Shown piece after piece: positions 53,892 through 64,000 of a DNA stretch of 64,000 nt. Both the position numbers and the translations under genes were made by a program. The notes beneath the pieces are model-generated. The model ran no database searches. It was not told where the DNA came from and saw only the letters and a program-made list of their open reading frames with translations. How positions within the stretch are numbered: the first letter of the stretch is position 1; each line of letters opens with the position of its first letter. Origin of the DNA: Candidatus Heimdallarchaeota archaeon (lineage in GTDB: Archaea > Asgardarchaeota > Wukongarchaeia > Wukongarchaeales > JBHIFL01); contig JBHIFL010000002.1 of NCBI GenBank assembly GCA_046761065.1, positions 1 to 64,000 of the forward strand, given 5' to 3'.

Positions 53892-54932
53892 TTACTTGTA
53901 AATCTTAAAAGCATTCACATGGGGTTCTCGCCAACCAAGGATGGGGCGCTCATGGGTTTTTGCTAAATAATATGCAAAAAAATGTAATGGGAAGGCTAAG
54001 AAAAGGGTTTCAAGTAGTGCATTATTTTGGACAATGCTTGAAGGCGTCTGGAGAACTAAAGTATTAGCTCGAATCACATCCCGGGTCCCTTTTTCTATCG
54101 TTTTAAAGTAGTCTGTCTTGGCTGAACCCCTTAGCGTTAAAAGGATAACAGGATCACTTTTATTTACGACAAGTTTCGTGTGGTGTGCAAATTCTTCCAT
54201 ATGAACCGGAATCCCCTTAGCAACTGCATATTCATGAAGTTTCATCATTCCTAACAAAGCATCAACATAAGTAGGGCCAAGGCCAAGTAAAAAGATGATC
54301 TCTTCTCTTTTAAGTTCTTGTGCAGTTTGATTACCCCATGATTCGGCCCATGTAAGTACTTGATCAGCCTTTTGAAGCAAGATTTGGGTTCGGGTAGGTT
54401 TTCTTTGCATAACGAGTTTGGAAAGCTCCTCCGCTGCCCATAATAACAAGGCCATAGCAGAAGTTGTAGTACTCGAGGGTGAAATGTTGAATGAACATGG
54501 TTGGGCTTGAGTGAGCCAGAGGTGGTCCACAATTTTCGCAAGCGCCCCTTTAGGGTTTTCAGTGAGTCCAAAGGTTTCAATTTTTGCATTCACTGCTTTT
54601 TCTACTGTTTGAAGCGTTTGAGTACTTCTTCCCGAGGCGGAAACTGCGATCAGAGCATCTCCTTTTTGAAAAGGGAAAAAATTAACATCTGCCGCTTCAA
54701 AAACACTTGTATTTAACCCCAATTCTGTAAATATAAAACAACCAAAGAGACTAACCACATACGAATCTCCAACACCAGTCAAAAAGATTCGAGATGCATT
54801 TTCTAATTTATTAAATGAATCAGGGCGATTAGATGGGGCTAAAGTTCTCGAAATAGCAGCAGGTTGATCTAAAATCGCTTTATAACACTTATCTAAGAAT
54901 GTTCGCATCTTTCTCTGCTCGTTGTTATCCAA
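53892..54932 (-). CDS. double SIS-domain sugar isomerase/deaminase (GlmS C-terminal / FrlB-like)
   Basis: ILDQP, TGVGDS, VSASGRS, EEFAH. Confidence 0.85.
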   Translation of the reverse strand: MDNNEQRKMRTFLDKCYKAILDQPAAISRTLAPSNRPDSFNKLENASRIFLTGVGDSYVVSLFGCFIFTELGLNTSVFEAADVNFFPFQKGDALIAVSASGRSTQTLQTVEKAVNAKIETFGLTENPKGALAKIVDHLWLTQAQPCSFNISPSSTTTSAMALLLWAAEELSKLVMQRKPTRTQILLQKADQVLTWAESWGNQTAQELKREEIIFLLGLGPTYVDALLGMMKLHEYAVAKGIPVHMEEFAHHTKLVVNKSDPVILLTLRGSAKTDYFKTIEKGTRDVIRANTLVLQTPSSIVQNNALLETLFLAFPLHFFAYYLAKTHERPILGWREPHVNAFKIYK

Positions 54933-55029
54933 AGAGGGTTATACTTTTTTAGACATTTCTAAATAGAAGATCTCTCCCTTTTCTTATTCTTTTGTTATTT
55001 TTAAATTTGATTTTTGTTCCATTCTTTAA

Positions 55030-55653
55030 AATATTCAATGTTCTGTGATTGCCATTTCACCCCGTAACTTACTTCTTCCTCTTCAGTTAGTAGTTTCACT
55101 TTTAAACGTAGAATGAATGCCTTATTGTCTCCAGGGTTCTCAGGGGTTTAAACATTCCATAGTAATAGCTTTCCCTGTTTTTTAAACGCGGTGAACTTCT
55201 TTATAGACTTTAAATGATTATTAGTGGATACACATCAAAGAAAAGTAAGCGATGCACACGTCGAAGGACTTGGGAAGAAATTTTGGTTCTGTGGCATCTA
55301 TAACAATTTTTAAGGCATCATTTAGAGTTTCTAATAGTTCTTTTTCATTTTTATCAATCGCAACTACTTGTTTGCCGTTTAACTTCCCTATTATCCTTTC
55401 CCCTCTGCCTCCGCAATCTAAGATGAACCCTTCCGATTCTATGGGACTTAATTTGATTGATTGTGGCTGAGTACTTTAAGTGAATTCTTGAATGAATTCA
55501 CAGATTTGACTGATTAACTCGTCATTTCTTATGTTTTCGGCTATTTGCATTGCTTACTTTAATTTATTTCCTGCTTCCTCAAGGTTGTTTGCCTGGAAAT
55601 CCAATTCTGCATCTGATAAGAGTTTTTTTTATCTCTTTATTTACTATGCTCAT
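55030..55653 (-). pseudogene. class I SAM-dependent methyltransferase pseudogene
   Basis: fragment FILDCGGRGERIIGKLNGKQVVAID...IDATEPKFLPKSFDVC..FSLM with flanking stops and frameshifts; ends approximate. Confidence 0.65.
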
Positions 55654-55803
55654 TTGAGACCCCCATATTTTTTATATCAATTAAGCAATAATAATAATTG
55701 AACTTTTGATTCGAGCTTAACTTATTTAGGTATGATTAAATGCTCTTGTCTTATTTGATCATTTTGTATATTGTGGCTATGGCTATATAGGGTGTTGTAA
55801 TTA

Positions 55804-56286
55804 TTAAGTAAGAGGGGGATATTTATTTGACAAGTTCAACCCGCAATGGTAGCAATACATCTTGTCCCATCCTAATACCGGCAGGGGATTTCCGCAACTT
55901 GGACACTTGAATTTATCCTCACATTCTTCCAACCAAGCCTTGGTCTCCCCAGCTTTTATTCTTTCTAGATTGGTCCGTAAATCAACATTATTCTCGGTAC
56001 ACTTCTTTGCTCCCTCCGCATATTTATCGCATGCGTGTTGTTCATATTTTATGCATTCAAAACAATATTCGAGCCCTTTAGAGTCCAAACATCGCACGAT
56101 TTTACATTCAGATCCTGCACAATTTGGTGTTAAGGCATGACAGCCCTCGCATCGAATCTTTTCTATTGGCATTTCCCATTCTTTGGATATTTGTCTTAGA
56201 TATTCTTTTCCATCCTTATAGGCTCGATATAACGCGCACGAGCCGCAATATATTCCGCATCTGCCAACCAAAGCATAATTTACCAT
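55804..56286 (-). CDS. DUF3795 family Cys-rich protein
   Basis: CGIYCGSC, CEGC, CKIVRC...YCFEC, NLERIK. Confidence 0.85.
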   Translation of the reverse strand: MVNYALVGRCGIYCGSCALYRAYKDGKEYLRQISKEWEMPIEKIRCEGCHALTPNCAGSECKIVRCLDSKGLEYCFECIKYEQHACDKYAEGAKKCTENNVDLRTNLERIKAGETKAWLEECEDKFKCPSCGNPLPVLGWDKMYCYHCGLNLSNKYPPLT

Positions 56287-56409
56287 TGAATACCCCTTTT
56301 TTCAAATAAGGAATTATCCTTTCTTTAAGTTATTTACTCCTTCAATCGTCAGAACTGCTAAATAAATAACGTGGAAGGAGGTTTTATGATTCCCGCTTTT
56401 TTACCGTTG

Positions 56410-57618
56410 CTATATTTCTAGCTCTTTGGGGAGTGTAGATAAGTTTTCTATTTTATTTTTTCTCACAACGACGACGTCTTCTACTCTAACTCCGAATTCA
56501 TTTGGGTAGTAAAGTCCAGGTTCAACTGTTGTGACAGCTCCTTCCTTTAGGATTTCTTCTGACGTTAATCCCAGATTTGGAGGTTCGCCTATTGTTAATC
56601 CTATTCCGTGGCCGAGCCCATGAATGAGTCCTTCGGTCATTGGAAGGTTTTTCTTCGTGTAATAGATTGGCGTCTTATACCCTTTTGCTTCTAAGAATTC
56701 GCAGACTTTCATCATGACGTCTTTTCCCGGTACTCCGCTTTGAATAATGTCTAAGGCTAATTGTTGGGATTCAAGAACCGTTACATAGCTTTTCTTCACT
56801 TTCTCTGCAGCTTTACCAATAACAAAAGTTCGTGTTGTATCGAACCAGTATCCTCCAATTTCTTGGGGGAAGATATCAAAAACTATTGGCGTGTTAGCGG
56901 CTATAACGGTTTTTTCACTACCGACATTGTGTGGGTCCGCGCCTTCTGCTCCTATGGCGAAAACCGTGTCCATTGGTGCGATAAGGTTTTCTTCGGCTAA
57001 TTTCATACGTATAAATGCTTTAACGTCTCCAACTGTGAGAGGTTTTCCTCCTTCAACCCTTAGGTTGTCTTCCCTATCAACATCACATTCTAAGAGCATT
57101 TTAATGGTTGTACCCACAATATTTTCCGTCTTTTTCCCAATACTTCTTATTTTCTCGATTTCAACGTTATTTTTGGTTATTCTTACTCTGTTAACTATTC
57201 TTTCATTAATTAAGATGGAGAAACCCCTCGATTTAAGCCATTCGGCCCAACTTAATGCAACACCTGCTTCGACTTTGCCAGCGATATATATATTTCCTTT
57301 GACATGTAATTCTTTCAAAGCATGAACACATATTTCGATTAACGCTTTATTTCTTCCATGCATTTTCGCATGCTTATAGAAACCAAATTCAGATATGGAT
57401 CTAATGTCTTTTACGACACCTTGCTTGGCACTTCCGATGTCGCCCTCGCTGACAATAAGCATCGGGTCGCTCCCAACAGGTTTAATATAAATCCCTCCCC
57501 TTGGGATGGTTGCACCGACTACGTATGTTAGAGAAGGATTCCCGAAGGTCGAATCACCAAGTACAACGAGGGCATTTATCCTCTCTTTAGATAATTCGTT
57601 ATCAAGATCTTGAATCAT
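56410..57618 (-). CDS. M24 family Xaa-Pro peptidase
   Basis: DIFP...GYWFDTTRT, HGLGHGIGL, TVEPGLY, GVRVED. Confidence 0.92.
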   Translation of the reverse strand: MIQDLDNELSKERINALVVLGDSTFGNPSLTYVVGATIPRGGIYIKPVGSDPMLIVSEGDIGSAKQGVVKDIRSISEFGFYKHAKMHGRNKALIEICVHALKELHVKGNIYIAGKVEAGVALSWAEWLKSRGFSILINERIVNRVRITKNNVEIEKIRSIGKKTENIVGTTIKMLLECDVDREDNLRVEGGKPLTVGDVKAFIRMKLAEENLIAPMDTVFAIGAEGADPHNVGSEKTVIAANTPIVFDIFPQEIGGYWFDTTRTFVIGKAAEKVKKSYVTVLESQQLALDIIQSGVPGKDVMMKVCEFLEAKGYKTPIYYTKKNLPMTEGLIHGLGHGIGLTIGEPPNLGLTSEEILKEGAVTTVEPGLYYPNEFGVRVEDVVVVRKNKIENLSTLPKELEI

Positions 57619-57801
57619 AGGTTAATTCACCCATTATTGTCCTTATACTTAGAACAACAGCTAATCTTGAATTGAAAGGAGAAAATTGATCAATGCTGGG
57701 GGAAATGTTCCTGAAAGGTTTACTTTCTATTGCCCACAGCTGTTTTTAAGAGCCTCTATTTGGTTTATAAGTCTTAGTTCTTCAGCCTAGTCCCTGCAAG
57801 G

Positions 57802-58839
57802 TTATTTGGAGAGAATGGCTGTAAGCAATCTTAATAGCTTGTGCAGATCCTGTTCATTGATCATTTCAAAAGGGCTGTGGGTGTACCTTGTGGGCCAGGC
57901 TAACAGGGCATTTGGGACACCAGCTGTAAGCAACGCCTTTCCATCTGAACCATAGCGATAGAAAGCGGCTTCTTGGATTGGAATTGCAAGCTCTTGAGCT
58001 AATTCAACCAATCTATTTGACAACACTGGATCATAAGCGGAATAGGCGTCTCGGTGAACGACTACAGGACCTCCTCCTAAGCGGACGGGCATTTGCTCGT
58101 ATTTCACTCCAGGAATGTCTCCCGCAATCGCCACATCCAAAGCAATGCCAAAGTCAAATCGTTCTTCCCGACAGATATCTTGAGCGCCCAAAAGACCCAT
58201 CTCTTCTTGTATAGTGCTAGCAAAATAGAGATCGTAACCAATCGAGGAAGTTTCGAGTTCGCGCGCAAGCTGGATCATAAGAGCAAGACCTACCCTATCA
58301 TCCATGGCTTTTCCAACAATATGCGAGCCAAGCTGGTGAGTCTGGACGTTCCAAAGGATTGGTGCACCTGGATAAACTCCAGCTTCTTCTACTTCCTTTT
58401 TGCTACTCATCCCAAGATCTATGAAGCAGGTATCCCACGTTGGCAACTTATTTCTCTCTTTTTCAAAAAGAACATGGCCCGTAGCGGTTGCGAACAGACC
58501 TGGTACGGGTTCTTTTCGCCCTAAAATGAGGACATTTTGGCCGATAGTAAATGGGTCCACACGCTCGGGACTACGGTAATTCCTAATAAATTTGACAAAT
58601 CCTTTTTTTGTTATACTTTGAACAGTATGACAAATTTCATCAGCATGCGCTTCTATCACAATTTTTTGCCCTGAGCCGCCTAAATGGGCGAGGATATTTC
58701 CAATCCGAGTTGATCTAACTTCTTCGGCAACTTCTGCGAGATGTGTCTTCACACATTGTTGAACAACTTGTTCATGCCCAATCGGGCCAGCAAGCTCAGT
58801 TAGTTCCCTGATAAGATCATATAACAGCATGTTTATCAT
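57802..58839 (-). CDS. M42 family (TET-like) aminopeptidase
   Basis: AHADEI, KAMDDRVG, QEEMGL.GA, RYTHSP.E. Confidence 0.92.
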   Translation of the reverse strand: MINMLLYDLIRELTELAGPIGHEQVVQQCVKTHLAEVAEEVRSTRIGNILAHLGGSGQKIVIEAHADEICHTVQSITKKGFVKFIRNYRSPERVDPFTIGQNVLILGRKEPVPGLFATATGHVLFEKERNKLPTWDTCFIDLGMSSKKEVEEAGVYPGAPILWNVQTHQLGSHIVGKAMDDRVGLALMIQLARELETSSIGYDLYFASTIQEEMGLLGAQDICREERFDFGIALDVAIAGDIPGVKYEQMPVRLGGGPVVVHRDAYSAYDPVLSNRLVELAQELAIPIQEAAFYRYGSDGKALLTAGVPNALLAWPTRYTHSPFEMINEQDLHKLLRLLTAILSK

Positions 58840-59158
58840 CTAGATTGACTATTTCTAAAGATTCAGCTTATATATGGTGTCACTCCCCAAAAGGCTGTTT
58901 TTTCATTTTAAGTCTAAAAGATCATATCCTATTCGTGTGATTGAAAGACAGAAAATTTGAGCCCATAGTTATTCTCAAAGTATTAGAATAAAAAGATTCG
59001 CGAAAACCCACGTTATTTGCGAGTAAACTTCTTATTTTCCTACTTACACCTTAAAACTTATAGTAAATCCCTGATTAATGATAGGAGAAATTATCATTAA
59101 TTGCTCTAGTAGGGGGTCCTTCTTATAGGATAATGTCGACTATAAAAGAGGTGAAGAT

Positions 59159-59431
59159 ATGGATCCAGAGGAACAGCATAAGCTGCGGCGAGAGTTTTAT
59201 CATCCTTCGATGCTCCAGCAAAAGAAAGCCAATCAAAAGAAAAAAAAGTACGTAAAGGAAGCAGAGTCCCTTTGTGTGGAGTGGGTATGCCAAGAAAATT
59301 GTGTTCCTTGTATACCAAGTATATGTGCAAAGTTTTCAGAGATACGAGGAAAATGTGAGACCTGTAATCAAAAAGATTGGGTTATTTGTTGGTTTGAATT
59401 ACGAAAGATCCATCCTACCCTGTTAGTCTAA
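59159..59431 (+). CDS. small Cys-rich hypothetical protein
   Basis: 90 aa; GAGGTGA ribosome-binding-like sequence upstream. Confidence 0.6.
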   Translation: MDPEEQHKLRREFYHPSMLQQKKANQKKKKYVKEAESLCVEWVCQENCVPCIPSICAKFSEIRGKCETCNQKDWVICWFELRKIHPTLLV

Positions 59432-59590
59432 ATCCATTCAGATGATTAAAATCCACAATAGAGCTTGATGGTTTGGAGATGTGAGTAGGTTACTTGAGCT
59501 TTAATGATATAAACCCTAGCCAAATGTTGGAGGGGGAGTGGACACAAACCCTTCATTAGGATTTTAATGAATAAAGAATTGGAAATCAAG

Positions 59591-60022
59591 TTAGGGCATT
59601 TTAAAGCGTTTTCGAAGAGGATTTCTTTGGCAAAACAGATCTATTATAGCGAATCCGTATTCTGCTAGGGAATGATGTATTTTCTCAGCAGATTTTCGGT
59701 ATTGACAATTCTGTTTCGCGTGTTCGCTCAGGTATTCCACACAGAAGTGGCAGATGGTCTCCCAAAGCCTCGGGTCTATGCGTTGCGATGGTCTTCCCAG
59801 ATTGCACTGGATCTCAGTAACTGTAAATCCATCAGAAGTTAGTTGGATAATGCATTTTTGGACGTTTTCACGGGTGGAACAATGGTCTACTTGAATGGCA
59901 TCACAATTTCGCCTTCGACACATCTTGTCAAGCGCTTCTATTGTTAAGATAGTCCTTTTCAATGCTTCTTTTTTAATTTCAGCCTCGTCACTGGGATCAA
60001 AGGAGTTCTCAGTGAATGACAT
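59591..60022 (-). CDS. Cys-rich hypothetical protein
   Basis: 143 aa; GGTGAGG upstream of the ATG. Confidence 0.65.
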   Translation of the reverse strand: MSFTENSFDPSDEAEIKKEALKRTILTIEALDKMCRRRNCDAIQVDHCSTRENVQKCIIQLTSDGFTVTEIQCNLGRPSQRIDPRLWETICHFCVEYLSEHAKQNCQYRKSAEKIHHSLAEYGFAIIDLFCQRNPLRKRFKMP

Positions 60023-60407
60023 TCCTCACCATCCTCCTATTCTCGCATCTTCGCGTCTTATTGATCTATTCAATGAGAATGCTTTCTTTTGTTTCACAGA
60101 AGATAATAACTTTTCGCTTAAGAAGGCATTTTCCGATTCTTCATCTCATGAGATTAAGGCCTTGGAATAAATTGAATGATTGTAGGTTTACCTGCTTGGA
60201 GGATCATTAATAGTGATTAGGAAGGGGTAGCTGCATTGAAATACTGGAAAACGAAATATAAAAGCCAAAAAATCGGTATTACACTCTGTTGGTTATAGAT
60301 TACATGAGTTATTGCACCTGTTGGACTTCTTTGTCAAGATGTAGGGATAATGACTCCTCTTCAAAGCTTTTAGGGAAAACATCTAAGGGAGAGAGCATAC
60401 TGGGGTA

Positions 60408-60950
60408 TTATTCAAAAAACTCGCTTCTTTCAGGTCTTCTGTTCGAGTCTAAAACGCGTAAAACATCATCATTCTTCTGAGTCATAAATGAGTCGTTGGA
60501 GGTTGTTGTGATGGCTATAACTGAGATAGTTCGAAAACGTTTCCGAAACTGAACAATATGGTGGGTATAGAAGCATCGACGTGGTTTGCACTTCATGAAG
60601 AGGGGCCAAGGGGTTGAACACGCTTTTTCCAGACCAAGAACACGTTCCACACAAAATCTCTCAAACCTTGAACCCAATAGCTTATACGTACCTCGTCCGA
60701 GGTCTATGCATCTGAGAAAGAAAAAGGGGAGAGAAAGGCGGAGATGGAGATCAGGGGGGACAAGGTTGGCTAAGTCTAAGAGTTCATCTCGAGTTACTGC
60801 TGAATGGGTTCCATCCCTTAAGGGAAAAGAGGGATTTGGACTTTTTAACATGTCTGGAAAGGGGATTCGACGAGCTGGTAAATGGTCATTTAACTTGCTT
60901 AATTCGTGTTTCCATAAGTATTTGAGTGTTCTATCGAAAGATTTTTCCAT
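60408..60950 (-). CDS. DUF61 (UPF0216) family protein
   Basis: LNDHLPARR, LRDG, EL..L...VP....L.LP. Confidence 0.75.
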   Translation of the reverse strand: MEKSFDRTLKYLWKHELSKLNDHLPARRIPFPDMLKSPNPSFPLRDGTHSAVTRDELLDLANLVPPDLHLRLSLPFFFLRCIDLGRGTYKLLGSRFERFCVERVLGLEKACSTPWPLFMKCKPRRCFYTHHIVQFRKRFRTISVIAITTTSNDSFMTQKNDDVLRVLDSNRRPERSEFFE

Positions 60951-61062
60951 CCGGTCCTAAGCCCCCTAATGTACTCGCCGGATACAGATACGATACTTTC
61001 AAGTATCTACATGGTTCTCCAATGTTTGGAATTTGCAACCCCATTTTTTCCCTAGATCTTTT

Positions 61063-61515
61063 TCAAGCCACGTCTTGTAACTTTTTAGGTTCTGTCTCAT
61101 AGAACATCGAGTCAAATAGGTTATTGATCTTAGTAGAAGTTTGCCCTAACCATTTGAGCATCCATGCAATACTAAGGTTTTTCCCAGAGACCCCTAGAAT
61201 GAGATTATACTTCAAACGGGCTAAACCAATAGTCATCTGGTCTGTTATTGCTATAATATAGTTGGTTTTACTTTCAAAAAGCCGGTGGAGCGGCTCCGCA
61301 CTAACTTCTGCGATTTCTGCGCCAACTGCTGAATACATTATAGATTGCTCTGGGGGTCCTGTATGGGCTTTTGCAACAACAAGTCCATCCGGTTTCGTTA
61401 AAAAAACAGTATCAGCTCCTGATGTTCGCTCAAGAAGCTTTTCAAGCAATTCTGTTAATCTATCTTCAAGGATTTGGGATCGTTTAAATCCAAGAAGGCG
61501 TTTGAGTGATTCCAT
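61063..61515 (-). CDS. roadblock/LC7 domain protein
   Basis: VFLTKPDGLVVA, SAVGAEI helix, roadblock-like strand pattern. Confidence 0.75.
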   Translation of the reverse strand: MESLKRLLGFKRSQILEDRLTELLEKLLERTSGADTVFLTKPDGLVVAKAHTGPPEQSIMYSAVGAEIAEVSAEPLHRLFESKTNYIIAITDQMTIGLARLKYNLILGVSGKNLSIAWMLKWLGQTSTKINNLFDSMFYETEPKKLQDVA

Positions 61516-61675
61516 TTCAAAACCCGATAATAATTACCTTATTAAAAGGTTCCCCCTTCTGGCTATTAATAGGTTCTTGATCGAGATTAGATACGACAAT
61601 TCAAGGATTTGTTCGAAATTGGAAGCAAGAGACCGAGTGGGGTTTTCTAATATTTTTTGATGGTAAGAACTCGCG

Positions 61676-62389
61676 TTAATCATCGTTTTTTGATAAATTC
61701 GCTGCAACCATCACATGATCCTTATGATACGGTCGTAGATTGCGGCGGTCTTGGATCAAGAAGTGCGATGTCATCTTTTGTATTTCCTGGTTGTATATAC
61801 GGGAGGGGTCTATTGTCACATCAATACTCCGTGCTTTAATCGCAATCATAGCTTGGCCCTCCTCTTTTAAATACCAAATGGCATTCTTTTTCAGGAGTTT
61901 TGCCTGTTCTGGCTGTGCTACATCACAATATATTGCATCGACAACTGGAACAAGGTCTGAATATTCCTCGGGTTTACGTGCATCCCCCAAAATTGGAATC
62001 ATGTTTGGACGTGTATTGCATGTTGCAACAAGATCTCGGGTAGTTCTTGGAGAAAATTCGATGCAAAAAACCATGCCATCTTGTCCCACAATATCTGCAA
62101 CGTGACTGGGAGTTGTTCCACTCCCCGCCCCGAGATAAAGGACACGTCTTCCCGATTTGATCGGGAAACAAGCTGCTGGGATGCCCCGTAATATTGCTGC
62201 TGCAAGTTTGCTTCGGTAAGGATCCCAGAGCCGAAACTCTTTCCCCTCCGTTTTAAATATCTGTTCCCCATAAATCTGACTCCCCGGGGAAAGATTACGG
62301 GTTGCTAATCTCGAAGTTCCTGTTGAAGGATCTGTTACTACGTAAATATCCGGGAATTTATCGTATTCTTTAATCTTGATTTCTTCCAT
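61676..62389 (-). CDS. flpA: fibrillarin-like 2'-O-methyltransferase
   Basis: WDPYRSKLAAAI, VLYLGAGSGTT.SH, DVAQPEQ, KARSID. Confidence 0.97.
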   Translation of the reverse strand: MEEIKIKEYDKFPDIYVVTDPSTGTSRLATRNLSPGSQIYGEQIFKTEGKEFRLWDPYRSKLAAAILRGIPAACFPIKSGRRVLYLGAGSGTTPSHVADIVGQDGMVFCIEFSPRTTRDLVATCNTRPNMIPILGDARKPEEYSDLVPVVDAIYCDVAQPEQAKLLKKNAIWYLKEEGQAMIAIKARSIDVTIDPSRIYNQEIQKMTSHFLIQDRRNLRPYHKDHVMVAANLSKNDD

Positions 62390-62392
62390 TGT

Positions 62393-63622
62393 TTATCCAC
62401 TTTTTTTCTTATAGGTTCTCCTCTTTTTGAGTTTCTTTTTAGGGGGGGTTTGCCTTTTTTTACGTTTAGGAGGTTTGACAAACTTCGTTTTGATTTCGTT
62501 AATGGTAATGAAAAGGCTTTTCCGTAAATCACCTGCTATATTTTGGCCTCGAAATGCATCTACTCGGGCAGCTATCGCGAGTTTTCCAGCTAAAGCCCGT
62601 GCAATCTTTCCTCTTTGCCATCGAGGGCTTTGATGGATTTCTGGGAACTGGAAAATAATTCCATGCTTGGGTGGTAAGGCTTTGGTTCTAAGAGATCGGA
62701 ACAAAGCTTTTTCTGCGCCAAGAACTTGAATCGTGCTAGAAGGCATCTTGGCTATTCGGTTGAGTCCCCCAGCAAGGGCTATAAGGCGTGCGCCTAAAAG
62801 TGAACCAACTAATCCTTGGACATTTGGGGCGACCTCTTGCATCATCTGAGTAATATAGGCTTCTATCTCAGCTTTTCTTTTGTAGAGATTAAGCGCCGCA
62901 TCTGAGAGCTGCTGAATTGTCGTTATGTCAGATTTTGATAACTCTGCCCCTACCGAATCCTGGGCGCTTCTTAGCAAATTTACTTCTAACTGCTTTGGGA
63001 CCTTTTTTTCCCCTTTTACTACAGCGTTGAAAACCTCTTGTCTAGTTCCAAAATTGGAGACAAGCTCCAAAAAGAATTTATGGTCTTCTATTAACCGATC
63101 TGCTTCAGGGAAGTGCAAGCCGTACCATTCTCGAACTCTTGATGCAAAAAGGTTAATCATCTTGTTTATGTCATCAATGGCGTGAACCGCTTGGATTACC
63201 AGCCGGTCGCGCTCTTCTCCGGCTCTTCGAAGTTTTTCTTTTATAAGAGCCATCCCAACTTCTCTTAAGTGGTTGAGAAAAGCTTTTTGGGATTCTATTA
63301 GGCCTGCTTCGATTAATTTTTCGGGGGTTTGCTCGCGAATCTGTTTAGAAAGGATCATATCTGTCAGCGTTGAAACAGGAATGGTTGTCTGTGACGCTAC
63401 AAGGTCGGTAAGATGTGCATCAATACATTGAATCGAAGAAACAGCTGAAGTTAATTTTTTCAGGAGGATATCGAGTTCAGGGAAGCTCTCTCCTGCCTCC
63501 AATTTCAGAAATTTCTTTGCCACCTCCTCCGGATCCAAGTCGAATTGTTCAGTTAACAATGGTTCAAAATCCTCATTGAGTGCAAGAATTCCTCTGTTTG
63601 TCATTATTAAGTAATTATTCAA
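62393..63622 (-). CDS. nop5: C/D box RNP protein Nop5 (Nop56/58)
   Basis: REWYGLHFPE, STIQVLGAEKALF, PKHGIIF, RGKIARALAGK, Lys-rich tail. Confidence 0.97.
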   Translation of the reverse strand: MNNYLIMTNRGILALNEDFEPLLTEQFDLDPEEVAKKFLKLEAGESFPELDILLKKLTSAVSSIQCIDAHLTDLVASQTTIPVSTLTDMILSKQIREQTPEKLIEAGLIESQKAFLNHLREVGMALIKEKLRRAGEERDRLVIQAVHAIDDINKMINLFASRVREWYGLHFPEADRLIEDHKFFLELVSNFGTRQEVFNAVVKGEKKVPKQLEVNLLRSAQDSVGAELSKSDITTIQQLSDAALNLYKRKAEIEAYITQMMQEVAPNVQGLVGSLLGARLIALAGGLNRIAKMPSSTIQVLGAEKALFRSLRTKALPPKHGIIFQFPEIHQSPRWQRGKIARALAGKLAIAARVDAFRGQNIAGDLRKSLFITINEIKTKFVKPPKRKKRQTPPKKKLKKRRTYKKKSG

Positions 63623-64000
63623 ATAATATCCCCGAAGAATTGTTGGGTTTTCTCTTTAAACCTTTGTTGTTTGAGAAACTCCTTATGGAGAGATTTTGTA
63701 AGTTTTCATCGACAAAGAGTTGAGGACCCAGTATGGTCCCAATTAAGTCCCCATGAAACGTTCTCTTCTATTCAAAGAGCCCTGAAACCAAGAATCAAAT
63801 AAGGATCTCCCTGTTGAGATGGAAGATCCTCGGAACCAAGGTGAGCCATAGCATTGTGGTGCATCCTGTGCAAAATGACACATACTCAGCGATGTGGACA
63901 CTAACACATCCTAGAAGTGCTTTCATGTAACAAGAAGCGGAAAGTATAAGTGTTTAAGAGGTTGATATGGATAGTTAGCTCAACCTCTCTTTCAGATTTC

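Noticed and set aside
1-64000. CRISPR arrays, rRNA genes, inteins in atpA/cdc6/RNAP, complete provirus
   Set aside because: No repeat-spacer periodicity, rRNA signature, intein-sized insertion, or capsid/integrase gene was seen.

Overview
Archaeal chromosome segment, most likely from an Asgard archaeon (Rab-like small GTPase, roadblock protein, LURP-one/scramblase-like protein, alongside archaeal information-processing genes). It carries a rearranged RNAP/ribosomal cluster (rpoA1, rpoA2, rpl30e, nusA, rps12, rps7, EF-1alpha), A-type ATPase genes, pyrBI, a tetraether synthase homologue, cdc6 plus DP1 with an ORB-flanked replication origin, nop5/fibrillarin, three intron-containing tRNAs and several pseudogenes. 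The main finding is a 31-nt intron with a near-perfect bulge-helix-bulge (BHB) motif interrupting the essential protein-coding gene rpoA1 (18012-18042). It contains a stop codon and shifts the frame, so full-length RNAP subunit A' would require endonuclease-type mRNA splicing. Nearby are a tRNA-Pro with three introns, a tRNA-Ser with two, and a splicing endonuclease subunit that looks non-catalytic (alpha2beta2 type), which together suggest an expanded BHB splicing system. Other oddities: an ~11-kb domain of extreme purine skew independent of gene direction, an in-place inversion of rpoA2-rps12, an orphan contractile-tail tube gene, and an operon coupling a small GTPase to a membrane-anchored corrinoid protein. 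All calls are from reading the sequence; no database search was run.
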